Below are positions 25,669 through 39,200 of a DNA stretch of 64,000 nt, piece after piece (the first letter of the stretch is position 1; each line of letters begins with the position of its first letter). Under the pieces are notes generated by a model. That model saw only the letters and a list, made by a program, of their open reading frames with translations, ran no database searches and was not told the DNA's origin. Origin of the DNA: Cercozoa sp. M6MM (lineage: Eukaryota; Protista; Endomyxa: Ascetosporea); assembly GCA_040357565.1 (NCBI GenBank), contig JBDODJ010000048.1; one strand, written 5' to 3'. The position numbers and the translations under genes are program-made.

Positions 25669-27757
25669 ATGGGTCGTGGTACGTTTTTATGGATTATGTG
25701 ATCGTCCTGACAAGGGATTTCCGCGCAGGGCCAAAATCGTCGCGCCAGCGACTGAAGACGAAACATGTAGTGGCGAAAAAGGCCAAGGAGCACAAGCGAA
25801 AAGTCAACAAGGTGTGTGTGTGTGTTTTTTTATTCGTAGTGTTGTGTTAAACGTTCTGTGTCGCTCAGGCGATGCGAGTGGCCAAAGCAGCTGACCCGGA
25901 GGCATTCAAGGTGGCTCGCCGGCGAAAGATGCGACAGGCCGCCCACATTCCCAACAGCTTTCCCGGCAAAGCACAGATGCTTAAGGCAATGAAGAGCCTG
26001 CAGCAAGGACAGCTGACTGAGGTGTCGTTCGTTTGTCTGTGTCGGAGTCTGATGCGTGACCTGACTCGACTTGACCCGGCCCATGTTTGTTCAACCCAAC
26101 AGGAAGAAAAGCGCCTCGAAGAGCGCCGAAGACGACGCGAGCAAGCCAAGCAGTTGCGCCTTTTGGACTCAGAGCAGGCCGAGCGCGAGTATCTTGACCG
26201 ACGCGCGATGGAAGTCGATCCGACTGCTACTGCCGTATACCCCCCCCCCCCCACCCCCGTACTACCCGGCCCACTACCTCGATCCTGTCGACTGTGTAGG
26301 ACGATGATGTTTCGGGCAAGGAGTTGCAGCAAATTTCGTCGCCGCACATCTTTCGACAGTACCGAGAGGAGTTGAACAACGTCATCAAGCTGTCCGACGT
26401 TGTGGTTGTTGTGCTGGATGCGCGTGATCCTGAGGGTACCCTCCCCCATGTTTCTTGTACCCCCTTATTTCTTCCACTTTACACAGGCACGCGGTGCCGT
26501 GAGGTAGAGACGCGAATTCACTCGCAGTTTAGCGAGCGCACGGGTCGCGAGAAGCGACTCGTTTTTGTGCTGAACAAAGGTACACAGTCTACTGGTCCCC
26601 CCCCCCCCCCGTACGATATGTTTTCCCGCAGTCGACCTGGTGCCTCCTGATGTCGTGGAACGATGGGTGACCTATCTGCAGCGAGTGGTACCTAGTTTTT
26701 CTGCTGATCAAACACCCAACAAACTAGAATACATGGGTATAAGTAGGCTCCGGTGATTGCTTTCAAGAGCAACACGCAGAAACAAAAGAGCGGCAAGGCG
26801 AGCATGGGTCATCGTGCCACGCTGACGGCGCAACTCGATGCTGCCGGTCTGACCAAGGTACCCAAGTTACCGTGTGTTGCACGCTTCTCCTCATATGCCG
26901 TTACTCCTGTACCCCGATGCAGGGTGCCGTGGGCACAGCGCAGTTGCTGGAGCTGCTCAAGAAGTACAGTTTGCGCGGACAGGACATCAAAACCGCCATC
27001 ACGGTTGGACTCGTCGGCTATCCGAACGTGGGCAAGTCTTCCGTCATCAACTCGCTCAAACGATGTCGTGCTGGTATGCTCTGCTTTTCTCTGTCTTCTC
27101 CCATAAGTGTACTCTCTCCTCCACACAGTGGGCACCTCATCAACGCCGGGCTTCACCAAAACGGTGCAGGAGGTGCATCTGGACAAGCAGCTGAAACTGC
27201 TGGACTCTCCCGGTGTGATTTTCTCCAACGGCGAGCAGAACGATCCCGATCTCGTGCTGCGTAACTGCGTGCGACCCGAGGACCTCAGAGACTCTGAGAG
27301 GGCAGGTACATTGTTTTTCATTTCAATAACGTATTTGGATGTTTCGTATTCGCATTCCCCTGCAGCTGAAGCCGTGATGCGTAAGTGCCCAATCCAAGCG
27401 CTGATGCAGGTGTACGAGATTCCGCAGTTCACGACGGCCAAGGAGTTCCTGTACCTCGTGGCAATGAAGCGCGGCAAGCTCAAGAGTACTTTTTGACCTC
27501 GTTTTTGTCATCGCTTTCCTCACATTACTATTGTGTGTGCAGAGGGCAATGTGGCTGACATGGATGCTGGTGCACGCATCATTCTGCAGGACTGGAATTG
27601 CGGTCGCATTCCGTACTACACGCAGCCGCCTGTGGTGCACGACGAGGCCGCCAGCAGCGCCGTTGTGCACCAGCTGGGCGCGCGTTTCAGCACCTCCTCG
27701 ATGAAGTCGTCCAGTGACATTGCCGAACAGCGCACCAGTGCCATGCAAGAGGATTAA
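25669..27757 (+). CDS. GNL3: Nucleolar circularly permuted GTPase, GNL3/nucleostemin/Nug1 family
   Basis: Basic N-terminus, [89 protein letters not shown]. Confidence 0.93.
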
Positions 27758-28093
27758 TGTATGTATGTAACGTATCTGCATGTGTTTGTATATGCATGGA
27801 TACTATGCATGCGCATATATACAATAAATTACGCTATCCGGCTACAGTGAGCTCCCCAATAAATGGTAAACTAATATTTTTTAATCCCGTAAAGCACGGA
27901 GCACTAGAGACCTCAAAAACACATATTTTGATATGTGAACTTTGGGCCGAAATATCATTTCCCATTTAGTGAACTGAATGGCATCCCTCCGATCGCATCG
28001 GCGGACTGGCGCGTGGGAGAAACTATGTATAGTACTGACTGTGTACAAAACTAGACGCTTGCGTTGCGTATACGATACGTTCGAATGGTTCGG

Positions 28094-29864
28094 TTATTGT
28101 AAAAATGCAGTCACTCGACAACACAACTCAATAAATGAACTCGCGTCGGCGTCCGAATCGAATTCGAAGTTACAAAAATACGGGTACTCAGTCACCACTG
28201 GTTGCATCGGCCACGTCTGCGGGGGCACTCGACTCCAGTTCAAATTGAGCAGTCTCTGGTTCTTCTTGTGCTTGCTGCAGGTTGACGACAGCCGGTTCGT
28301 TTTCTTGTTCGATGAGTTTTGCCTGTCTCGCTTGTCTCTGGAGTGCAGATTGCTTAAGCGGATGACCGCGCGCACGGTACCGCATTCCAATGAGTTGGTG
28401 CATCCAGCGGCGCACGTTGTCGTCGTTAACAGCAGGCTCGATTTGCAACACATCCTGCATAATTGAGATGTCAAGCGCAAACTGGATACAAAGCTGTCTA
28501 CCTCCATGCTGACAGGAAGCTGGATCTCCCAGTTGTCCCACCTAAACAACTTTCAATACAGAGGAGATTATGTATTCAAAAAAACAGGAAATTACAAGTG
28601 CTCGAATTTTTCGCGAAAAAGTTTCCACTCGCGTCCGCTTTCTGCAGCAACAAATGAAACAACGAGAACAACCTGGAGACTAGGAACTAATACCCGGGAC
28701 TGTGGCGGCAAGAGACAGTTGCTCTTCCGACAGACGTCGCGCGTACAGGGCCAGGAACACTGTGTGCACAGAACTCACGTGCTTATTTAGACATAAGAGA
28801 GGAACGAGTACAGTCTCGCGACACAACGGCATCGATGGCTGCGTACACCAGCTATACCAAGCACCCAAGTCTCTTCTACACAACCCAGATCTCTGATGAC
28901 AATACTTGATCCTGATCGAGTGGGTACTTGCGCCAGTTGGTGCGTGCAATCTTCATATTTTCCGCCTGTGAGCACTAGTTTTTTCAACAAAGTTGCATAG
29001 ACAGAACTGCTTTCCTACCTCACTCCAGTCCTTGAGCCCGAGCACTACTTGTGCCAGTTGCTTCAGACCACACCCTGTAAGGGGCCTGCAAAGTGTATTT
29101 TCATACGAAAGAAGCCACAGAGCCTATAGTTGAAAGTACGGAACGCAAGAACGCATGAGCGCATTGCGAGTGTCGATGCAGCCATCGCCTGACAGTGGGA
29201 CATGTGTTGAACATGAGACAGTGATGCTGCACACGTATCGACAAGGATACCAATGTCAATGCCGAATTTGTCTTTCACTACATTCACTTCCGCGGCAAAA
29301 ATGTTGCTTCCCACTTTTAGAACATCAGGCGATGTCAACACATGCTGAAACAGCTCTGGTAATTCTGTCCATTCCTGAGATTCGTAGGTGCAGATATCAG
29401 CACGCCGACAAGAAAGAGCATTTTTGTAAGCGTGAGTGCACCTTCACGTGCGCAACGAGGACGTGCATTTGAGTGGCCAGTTGCAGTACACACAGCTGCC
29501 GCGGCTACCCCAACAGGAGACAATAATACGCAACACAAGCCAGAGTTGTAGAGCAAAAGATACTCGCCCTTTCACAACGACGAACTCGGCGTCAAAGCCG
29601 AGAATATCGACTTTAGATTCCCCCTACATGCACATGCACTGAGTCGCATTTGTAGATCCACGCAACAAGGGTATCGATACGTCCTCGTGGACAAAGTCCC
29701 GAATGAAGGCTTCGGCCTCATCAGGCTCGTTAGTAACGAACGTTTCTAAAGGGTCAGAGCGACCACATGCAGCCGCAATCTCCTTGCCCTGCACCAAACC
29801 GAAAATCACATCTTCACCAAAACACTTCGAGTAACTTGAGTGTTACGAGGTTATCGTAATCCAT
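28094..29864 (-). CDS. DEDDy 3'-5' exonuclease (WRN/EXD-like) with coiled-coil C-terminal extension, multi-exon
   Basis: ExoI ILGFDAEF, ExoII-like LTSPDVLKVGSNIFAAEV, ExoIII LVYAAIDA; start and 3' end approximate. Confidence 0.7.
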
Positions 29865-30124
29865 TTTGGATTTTTCCGCGCTGTTCAAGTCCTTTTAAGC
29901 GCTGCTATGCCTGCTAAAGTAAAATTGTTTGAGCTGACGGATAGTCAGTTTTAGATTTAATTCGTTCGCGGGTATTTGTGAGCACGCCAAATTAACAGGT
30001 CACCACAACTGACTACTACTTGTACTGTGACGCATGCGTCGTTCATAAGTTCGTCGTTGGCGTCGATTGATATCCTGCCAAGGGTTACAGGAAAAGAAGT
30101 ATAATTTACCCTGATAAAGTTGAT

Positions 30125-31114
30125 TCACCGACAGCAGTGTACCTGTTGAATCACGGATGGAAGATCATCTGTTCTTTCACACTGCACCTTTGTTACAGTC
30201 GAATAAAAGTCCCACACTCGTGCGTGATTTTGTGAGTCAGTTTCAACTCTCTGCGCACACAGCCCGCTGCTCGTAAACATGGTACCGAGGAAAAAGTTGC
30301 TAGGTACCGTATCAAGCGCGCTGGTGGAATGCTTCAAAGCCCGGAATGGGCTTTGCCATGGTTGCTTACATTGGTACGGTTCGTTTTCAAACAAGTCGAA
30401 AGAGTGGCGCGGTAGCTTTCTCCAAGAGGTTCGTTCGCCGAATTCGTTGATCGGTATGGTTGTGTTGAGCGCCGTCTTGCCACGGGTGCGCTCTGCATCT
30501 CTTAGCTGGCGCTGCTTCAAGGCCGAGTCCAACCAAGGTTTCGTAAGGATTAGCTCTCGTACGTGCCGTAAATCGCTACAGGATTTGCATCGCTCTGACA
30601 ACTTTGCCTGAGGAGGAGGGACCGAGCAGCGCTTCGACTGCCCGCAGGATGGTGCGCTGTCTCGAAGTTTGAAGGTTTCTGCTCTGCGTTGCGTGCGTTT
30701 GTGACTAGTGTGATTGAACGGTGGGCAAACGCTGAGTCTCTTTGTGCGAGAACGGCTCTCCGTTGGTGCAGTGCGTGCACGGGCAGCTCTGCGAGTTGAA
30801 GTCTTGCTGTGCTTGGAAGTGCGCTGCGACCTCGACCCTTCGCTTGCCAATGAGCGGCTTTGAGGAAAGTTGCTGTGTAAGCTTCTTGCAGATGGCGCCT
30901 TCACAAACTGCGTCGAGGTTGGGAGCTGTTCGACGGCTTGTGATTCAGTAGTTTCGTGTGTGATACTCCAAGGGGAGTTTGGCCGTTCATGCGCCTTTGG
31001 CAAAAGAGTTTGAAGTTGTTTCAGCTTTCGATCGACCTTGTTCGCCTCTAGCTCTAAACTCTCTGGTGTCTGTTCTCCTAGCGACATCGCACAGCTTCGC
31101 ACCTTCTCCTTCAC
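30125..31114 (-). CDS. Hypothetical basic Ser/Arg-rich protein (long exon; further exons likely on both sides)
   Basis: 329-codon open frame, the longest in the window; no recognisable motif. Confidence 0.55.
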   Translation of the reverse strand: MKEKVRSCAMSLGEQTPESLELEANKVDRKLKQLQTLLPKAHERPNSPWSITHETTESQAVEQLPTSTQFVKAPSARSLHSNFPQSRSLASEGSRSQRTSKHSKTSTRRAARARTAPTESRSRTKRLSVCPPFNHTSHKRTQRRAETFKLRDSAPSCGQSKRCSVPPPQAKLSERCKSCSDLRHVRELILTKPWLDSALKQRQLRDAERTRGKTALNTTIPINEFGERTSWRKLPRHSFDLFENEPYQCKQPWQSPFRALKHSTSALDTVPSNFFLGTMFTSSGLCAQRVETDSQNHARVWDFYSTVTKVQCERTDDLPSVIQQVHCCR

Positions 31115-31404
31115 ACTCAGTGGGTCTGGGTGCTCAAACTCACAATCTCTTCACCTCCACAGGGTGGGCGAAACGCATGCTTCGAATTTAAAACGACAAG
31201 TTTAAGCATCGTTTTGGACTAAACGCTTCCAAATTGATCCATTGATTGTCATGGAGTGGCATTAAGTGCCGAACTATCCGGCGTGCTTGTAGGAAACAGA
31301 GATGTTTGTCATTTTTTTCAGTTGCACAAAGTTGTCCACAGGCAGTTTGTGACAGTTCACTGATTTCGAGGGTTGCTAGTGCTCCAGTAGTGCACGGAAA
31401 GCAC

Positions 31405-32062
31405 ATGCAAGATATAGGGCATTTTATAGAGTACTTGAAACTTTTAACTCGTATTCACAGCCCTCGTATATCATTTGCTCGGCGTGCAAAGGACACGTTC
31501 AAGACAAAAGTGTCATGACACGTTTCAAACCGAATACTGTCTCGAAAAGTGTCTGCAGTGCGTGCTACAAGATCGACGTAAGTTCAGTTCGTCTTCTCGT
31601 ACTGTCTGTATCAGTTGTCCGACGTTTCTTTTAATTGTTTCTTTTTAATTGTCTTACAATATTACCGTTGGACAGAGCTGACGCGGTTTTCCTGTATCCA
31701 CACGGAGTCGGCAAGTAGCACTTCGACGCGAGTTACCTGCGAGCACGTGACGGGTTCTTCGACGATCTCCGCGAGCACAGTGATCCTGTTGGGCGCTATC
31801 TGTCTGGTGGTTTTGTGCGTGTTCTTGAAAGTGCACAACGACCGAAAGCGACGACGCAAGAACCAAGCGTTACTGGAAGAACAGGGTATTGTAAATTACT
31901 CGATTTGCGCACCAGGAACTGGATTTACTATGTGGATTGTTTAGAAAACGAGCGTGTGCGTGCTCAAATACTTAACGCTAACTCATGGGATCCTTATCCT
32001 GCTCCCTAGGACTTTCGCCGGTAGTCGATAGTTTTTTAAAGACGGAGTACCAGAGAGTGTAA
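31405..32062 (+). CDS. Small type-I membrane protein with Cys-rich ectodomain and terminal YxxPhi motif
   Basis: Exons QKCHDTFQTEYCLEKCLQCVLQ..TM VILLGAICLVVLCVFL, KVHNDRKRRRK, last exon GLSPVVDSFLKTEYQRV* (TAA 32060-32062); start uncertain. Confidence 0.5.
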
Positions 32063-32299
32063 GTGTCGCAATATCACTAGCAACGGATCCAATGCATCAG
32101 CTACAGTACAGTTTAGCAGTCCCGACGCGATCGCACACGTGGTCGCGGCATCGCTTCACGCCAATACTATCTATATTGAACGATAGTCTGGTTGTCGCCC
32201 GTAAAGTTGCTGTCTGGAAGCACTGGGAGGACCTGATACAAAGGAATAGCGCTGTGACCTGCTCAATGCTCATTCACTACTATCGATAATCAAGTTTAT

Positions 32300-33110
32300 T
32301 TACAAGAATCTCGACGTCTGGTGGCACGGTGACGTTGGTATCGACGGGTTCTGCGAGCATGTTTGTCGGCATTTCAGGCGACATTGCAGACGTCGACGCA
32401 CTGCGACGTGTTCAAGAATATGGAGATGCACACGAACTGAAGGGAAAACTGACAGTGGCCGCGTCGTCCAGAAGCGGTAGGTGAGTGAAAGATTGTAGTT
32501 GCTCTTGTTGGTGAAACGGAAGGGCTCGCCATCTGGCACACGCTTCACAAGCACTTGTGTGACCTGCGTCGAATACATAATGCCGATGATACTGATAGTC
32601 ACACAGACCAGTGCAGTGTGTTTACGTTTATGTCGCGCAAGACCACAGCGTGATTGATCATGAGTTCGACACCTATAGTGGTGGTGCTAACAGAGCGCTC
32701 ATGTTCACCAGCAATACGGGACCGCAGCTTTAAACTTACCATCGAAACGGGTGTTGTTACTACTCGGCATGGTAACTAACAGGTCACTGCGCGATACCCT
32801 TTGTACCTATACCACCCCAAGAACCTGAAGGTAATTGAAAGCACCTAAGAAGTATACGGGAAGGGGGTACAAGAGGAGGGCTGTGCGGTGCCGCTGGTTT
32901 GTTGACCTGCCGATCAAAGTTCACGTCGAGTCCAAAGCCAGCCAGACCGTGCTGACCATACAGTGTCTTGAGTTTAGTTGATGCAACAGGAAGGGACACC
33001 AGGTGGTACCACGAACAAAGCAATGGCTGCGCCCTGCGCAATGTTGCTGCTGATGCGACGAAACCTCGTGAGTGGCTGTTCCATCAATACACTATCGTAG
33101 ATAATTATAG

Positions 33111-33184
<74 letters not shown>

Positions 33185-33293
33185 ACACACACANNNNNNN
33201 NNNNNNNNNNNNNNNNNNNNNNNNNNNNNNNNNNNNNNNNNNNNNNNNNNNNNNNNNNNNNNNNNNNNNNNNNNNNNNNNNNNNNNNNNNNNN

Positions 33294-33342
<49 letters not shown>

Positions 33343-34816
33343 GCAGTACCCACAGCAACAGTCCGAACTGCGAATGGTGAATGCGGAGTGCGAAACTGCC
33401 TTTAGGCAGCAGCAAGAGACCACTGCAACACAGCAATAGCACTGTTGTTAAGCGAGACATTAGCACGGGAACGAGTACATCACGAGAGGCGTCACAACGA
33501 CGAGAAAGAAAATGCCGAACCTATTCATACAGTGTTGTTGTTTGTCTATCAAAGAAAGTAAAGTATGAGATTAAAAGGGAAAGGCACATGCGCCAGAAGA
33601 GTTTTTGTCGCAGCAGCAGGCGCACATTAATCAAAATTAGCACCGCGGCAAACATCGACACCAACGCAAACACGAGCAGTTTCTGTCGAGTACAAGACGT
33701 ATATTTAGTATCTAGAACTAGTATTTATTTGTGATTTGATACGGCTGGTGTCTCATCGCCTGTGATGATGGAAGCGAGGTCACTGGGTGACAGTATCTGC
33801 ACATATGCGAGTCGACAATATACCTTCCAAAGATAGCAATCAACAGAGAGTGTTACAATAGAAGGCAGCAGTGTTTCCAGCCACTTCTTGTAGGTCACGA
33901 CCCTACCAAACAATTTATTATACGAGGTTCGATGTAGCCAAAGAAACACAGTACATGAAGAACGGCAGTGTCCAACAAAGCAAGGTCGCGACTGGACGGT
34001 CCGGACCGAACATGGAGTGTCGCGACGCCCAGTGAAACATCACACTGCACACAGGGTAAACTGTACCTATGTCAAACACATCCACACACAACTGTCGTTA
34101 CTGAAATAAAACACACATACCTCCCACCCAGGGCAACGATAGTCAGGTTCAGCAGTGAGTTGACCACCTTGTCCTCGAGATTGCGCCACTGCGACTCGTC
34201 TACAAAGGCGACCGAGAGGAAGCCTGATAGAAGTACAATAAATTACATACTAAGTATATGTCTGTCTCCTATGCGTGTTTTACCAACAAGCATAGTGTGT
34301 GCCAGCACTTGCCAAGACGGCGCCTTCAACAGTACTGGCAATACTGCGGCCATGACGGCACCCAACCACACTGCAAGGATCAGCCCAAGAATAAACAAAG
34401 GGAGACAAAAACAGGACACAAAAGCAATACCGAGGTCGCGCTGATCACCGCAGTTCTTCGAGTCGATCGGCTTCAGATCAAAGGCCACGGGCGACCTACA
34501 AGCAACGATGTGAGGCATACTTGCAATTACAACATCATAAGCCGAGCTTGCCAGGTGAAAGAAGAGTGGTGTAGTTGCTCGGGACTCCGGGATAATGGGT
34601 GTGCTACTGCTGAGAGGTGGTGTCAGAAGAAAGAAGAAACTAGGAGGGTAACTGTACACGAGTCATTGACGAGACTGCGATTGGAACGCATCTTGGAACT
34701 GACTGGACCGCTGAAGTACTCGCGCCCGGTGCCGAACTTTATCGCCACACATCCGCCTGTGTGTATGTGTGTGTGTGTATGTGTGTGTATGTGTGTGCGT
34801 GTGTGTGTATATGTGT

Positions 34817-34850
<34 letters not shown>

Positions 34851-36061
34851 NNNNNNNNNNNNNNNNNNNNNNNNNNNNNNNNNNNNNNNNNNNNNNNNNN
34901 NNNNNNNNNNNNNNNNNNNNNNNNNNNNNNNNNNNNNNNNNNNNNNNNNNCCGAATATTATTTTCCTCATCGCTCATTGCTTCAAGGCCCATCGACGCAG
35001 GTTTCTCCTCTGTCTCGCTTTCGTCGTCTTTGCTGCCAAACAAGCTGGAAAAACCAAAGTCATTACGCTGTACGTCATCACGCCGTACAAAAAATAAAAA
35101 AATAAAAACGCAAGTTCCATGGTACGCGTCGAATAAGTCGTCGCCACTGTCGGCGGCGTCGGCTTTGTCGATGCTTTTGCTGACGTTGGTGGTGCCGTCG
35201 TTGCTTTGCTTGCTGCTGCTGTTGTTGTTACTATCGGTACTGTCGTTGTTGTCGCCGTTATTGTTGGTGTTGTTGTAGCTGTTGTTGGTGATACTGCTGT
35301 TCTCGTTGTTGGTGGTGTTGTTGAGGCTGTTGGTATCCTCGTCAAGACAGGTGTCCAGTGTGCCGCCTTCCATCGCATCGGACGCTGCGGCACCGTTCGA
35401 TGCGTCGAATTTCGCGTTCGTGAATCGAATCTGCACGACCTGCGTGAGGCCTAAAGCAAAAGCACACCAGGTCTAAAGCACAAAAGTGTGTATGCATTCG
35501 ACCCTACCTTGGTACTCGAAGCGAAACTCCGGTTGCAGGTGCAGCGACGGCTAAACAAAAAAGGTGAAGCAAAACCCGGATAGTTCAACACTCGAAGCAC
35601 ACCGAAAACGTGTGCGACTGTCCTCTCTTCAGCGACACTGTTGCTTCGCTTCGATTCAACTCGAACAGGTACACGTTGTTGCGTCTGGGAAAACCTCAAT
35701 TCAAGTTGAAAGCAACCAAATTAAAAAAAACGGCTGTACGACAAGCACTCGACTGTGAGAGCGTTATTTGCGTCAGCACTCACATGCACGTGCTTACGCG
35801 ACACATTCTGTCTTGAAAGAATCCATCGATAATGGCAAACGTGCCCTCAAACAGACACAACTGTACGTGATTGGACTGCGAGAGTTGAACGTCGGCCATG
35901 CGACCCAATGTCAGCGACGCGCCCTTGTCCACCACCACCTGTGATTTTCATTCATAATTGACCTTTCGTTCATACCATCTAATCGAAAAACACACCTGAC
36001 GGAGGATTCGCACGGGCCGCGCTGTCGACGGTTCAAACAGCGTCAGGATCCACCGGCGCAT
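32300..36061 (-). CDS. Hypothetical multi-exon membrane protein with FHA-like N-terminus, Asn/Ser-rich linker and several TM helices
   Basis: VVDKGASLTLGRMADVQLSQSNHVQLCLFEGTFAIID (FHA-like); poly-N/S at 35210-35335; hydrophobic LGLILAVWLGAVMAAVLPVLL and KLLVFALVSMFAAVLILINV; spans two N gaps; start approximate. Confidence 0.5.
33114..33338. repeat. (CA)n microsatellite spanning a 100-N gap
   Basis: Directly visible. Confidence 0.95.
34758..34950. repeat. (TG)n microsatellite abutting a 100-N gap
   Basis: Directly visible. Confidence 0.9.
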
Positions 36062-36289
36062 CAGACCCCGCCAAAACAAACAGCCGTCAAAAAAAGCTTA
36101 TATAGATGCGGATTATAATCTAAACTCGTTCGTGTAGGCGAATGGAACTCTGGGAGCTGAATCACACGACCAACTGCTGAGGTGGGGGATTTTGTTAAGG
36201 TTGCGCGAAAATCGTAGCACACTGTGCAAACGCAGCAACAGTGAATTTGAATCAACGTCACGTGTGTAACACACTGCTGAGGCACCAAC

Positions 36290-39200
36290 ATGGGCTCTTT
36301 CAAGGTGCATAAGATTATGAAATTACTTGTGCGACGTTTTTCTCGTACTTCCGAAACCAACCGAGACCGATTGATGTTGTAGCAACCACTGATGGTGGTG
36401 CCGGGCACGGCGCAAGCCGGCCGACATGGTCCGATTCGACGCCACGTGCAGTCGCAGCAGAAGCTGGTGGACTCGGAAGACCCGGAGTACCGTGTAATTT
36501 GGGCCTTTCATTGTTTTCTATTGTTGGCGTTAATCTAAGTATTGACGCAGGAGTATCAAACGATCTACCACGCGTTCGAGTCAACTGGTGCGTTTCTCGA
36601 TTCTACAAAGCACTGGTTTAAAACAAAATTAACTGTGTTTGCAGTTCGCAAGTTCACCAACCGGCCGTGTCTGGGAACGCAGGACGAGAACGGTAGTGCA
36701 TCTTGTGTTTGTTTGAAGATGGGAGTTTGCTCAAGGTAGTGTGATGATCTAGGCGAGTACAAATTCCTCCGATACAGCGACGTCGCACGTCAAGTACTCT
36801 CTGTTTCTTCTTTGTTCCTCCCTTTGATCCTTCCTATGTTGTGCTAGGCCTCGAGTTTTGGCAGTGCCTTGTGTCATCTCGGCTTGGATCGCCAGGTATG
36901 ACCAAGTGAAGAAATACTTGAGCACAACGGAAAAGTGATCACTGGATGTGTGTCACAGGACAGGGTCGGTATCTACTGCGTCAACCGTGCCGAGTTTGTG
37001 ATTGCGGAAATGGTAGCCTTAGACTGACCTGCTCGACCCTCGAACCTTTGACCCTTTGAATTCTTGACCCTTGAACCGTTGGCCCTTTCTTTGACTCTTT
37101 GACCTTCCGCTACAGGGAATGTACGCCTTCGATCTGGCGAGTGTGCCACTGTATGACACGCTTGGCAAGGACGCCGCCAGCTACATCATCGGACAGGCGG
37201 TATAGCACAAACAACACTCAAACAACAATGAATGAAACAATGTGCAGAAACTCGAGATCGTCGTGGCGAGCGCTGACAAACTCGAGACACTTGCGGCCTT
37301 GCTTACGGGGGTACCCTCCACCTCATTAATATTAGTGAGTCTCTTTTAACAGTTAAGGATGTGCAGGGACAGACGCAGTTGAAGAAGATCATTGTGCTGC
37401 CTCTGCAGAGCGTAGCTTTCGCTCTTTCTTGTGTCTGTCTGACCAGTTACTTGGCTGAACCTTGGTAGTGGGAGAAAGTCGACTCGGAAAAGACGCAGCA
37501 GTGGCATGCGGTACCTCCTCTACCCCTCTGTTTAAACTAGTGACACTTGCACCCCTCCCCTTGCAGGCAGTGATGCAGCACCGCAGCCTGTTCGACGAGA
37601 ACCTGGCCGTGCACTGGCATGACTTCCTCAAGGTCGGCAGCCGACACCGTATGGCGCACCGTCCGCCCACTGGTAGGACAAACCGACTCTCAGTGACCAC
37701 CCTGTCTGAGTGACCAGTCAGTCAGTCAGCCAGTCAGTGACCACTCAAGTCAAACATGTGTGACAGGCAAGAGTGTGTGTACCGTGTGCTACACTAGTGG
37801 CACCACTGGCACTCCCAAGGTACCACCTACCACCCTGTATGTGTGTACACTTGATGGAGTGTCTCGTGAATGCGGATAGGGTGCCATGCTGACGCACCGC
37901 GGTGTCATGAGTGCCGCCTTGGCCACTCGGTACTCTCTTAGCTCAGCTTCCCCTGTCTCTTGCCCTTTACACCCTGACTGTTTCCCTTTGTGCCGTGACT
38001 CTTCCCTTTTACACTGACTGCTAACACAGAGTGGCGGCTAAGGTGACAAGCGACGATGTCTACATGTCGTACCTGCCGTAAAATGCTCTCTTCTTCTCAT
38101 CGCTTCCTTAACCAGAAGCTCCAGTTAAAAACCCTGGTTGTTTCTCAGACTGGCGCACGTGTTCGAACGCGTCATCGTTACGGCCGGTCTGGTGCACGGT
38201 GCATGTGCCGGTTTCTTCCGCGGGGATGTTGCGCTGCTCATGGACGACCTGGCGCGCTTGCGACCCACGCTGGTGCGTTTCTCGCCGCCGATTGCAGCTG
38301 CAGCGTTTCTCGTCGTTCTTATCGATATTCTTTTATGACAACAGTTCGTTGGCGTACCGCGTCTTTACAACAAGGTATACGACAAAGTGATGGCGCAGAT
38401 GCAGTCGTCCAACTGGGCTGTTCGCACACTCTTCGAACGTGCCTATGCGACCAAGGTGAACTTTAAACACTTTTTTGTTTCGAGATCAAACTTGTTTGCA
38501 AGTTAGTTCTAACTGTTTGTCTCGAGCAGCTCTATTATTTGCGTTCGTCAGGAGCACTGTCGCATGCTCTGTGGGATCGCGTGGTTTTCTCCAAGGTATT
38601 TTGTATCGATCAACCTCCGCGCAAATGTGTTTGACTCATTTTGACTTTAAATAACTTTTGCACAGATTGCAGCCAAGTTGGGCGGTCGTGTGCGTCTGCT
38701 TTTGACGGTTAGTTTGGTTGAATGAACGTGTGAAAACGACCCATTGGTGTTTTGTGTTGAATTGTAGGGTGCTGCACCGATCGCTTCGCATGTCCAAGTT
38801 CGTTTTTTTTTTTTGAAAGTTGTTTATGTTGCGTTGCAGAGCTGAGTTGTTCCTTGAAAACAGGAGTTCCTGCGCATCGCTTTCTCTGCCCCTCTGATTG
38901 AGGTACTTATCTGTTGTTAGATCATGAAAAAGGTAGTTTTTGCATTCTTTAATTGTTCTGTCAACTGTATCAGGGCTACGGTCAGACCGAGAGTCACGCG
39001 CTCATCAGTGCCACGCCTATTGATGAGCCCAATGCATGTGGACACATTGGTAACATTCTCTGCTAGTCTTTTTGTTTGGTTGTGAGGTGTGTGTGTGTGT
39101 GTGTTTTTTTAATGCAGGCGTTCCCTTCTGTTCGACCGAGGTACCAACGAAAGCTTGTTGGACTGACCCAGTTTGAGATCGAGTGTGCTGTAGGTGGCAC

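Noticed and set aside
36485-36550. Apparent GA-AG intron in ACSL
   Set aside because: A GTAAT donor 9 nt downstream restores the frame (DPEYR/EYQTIY)
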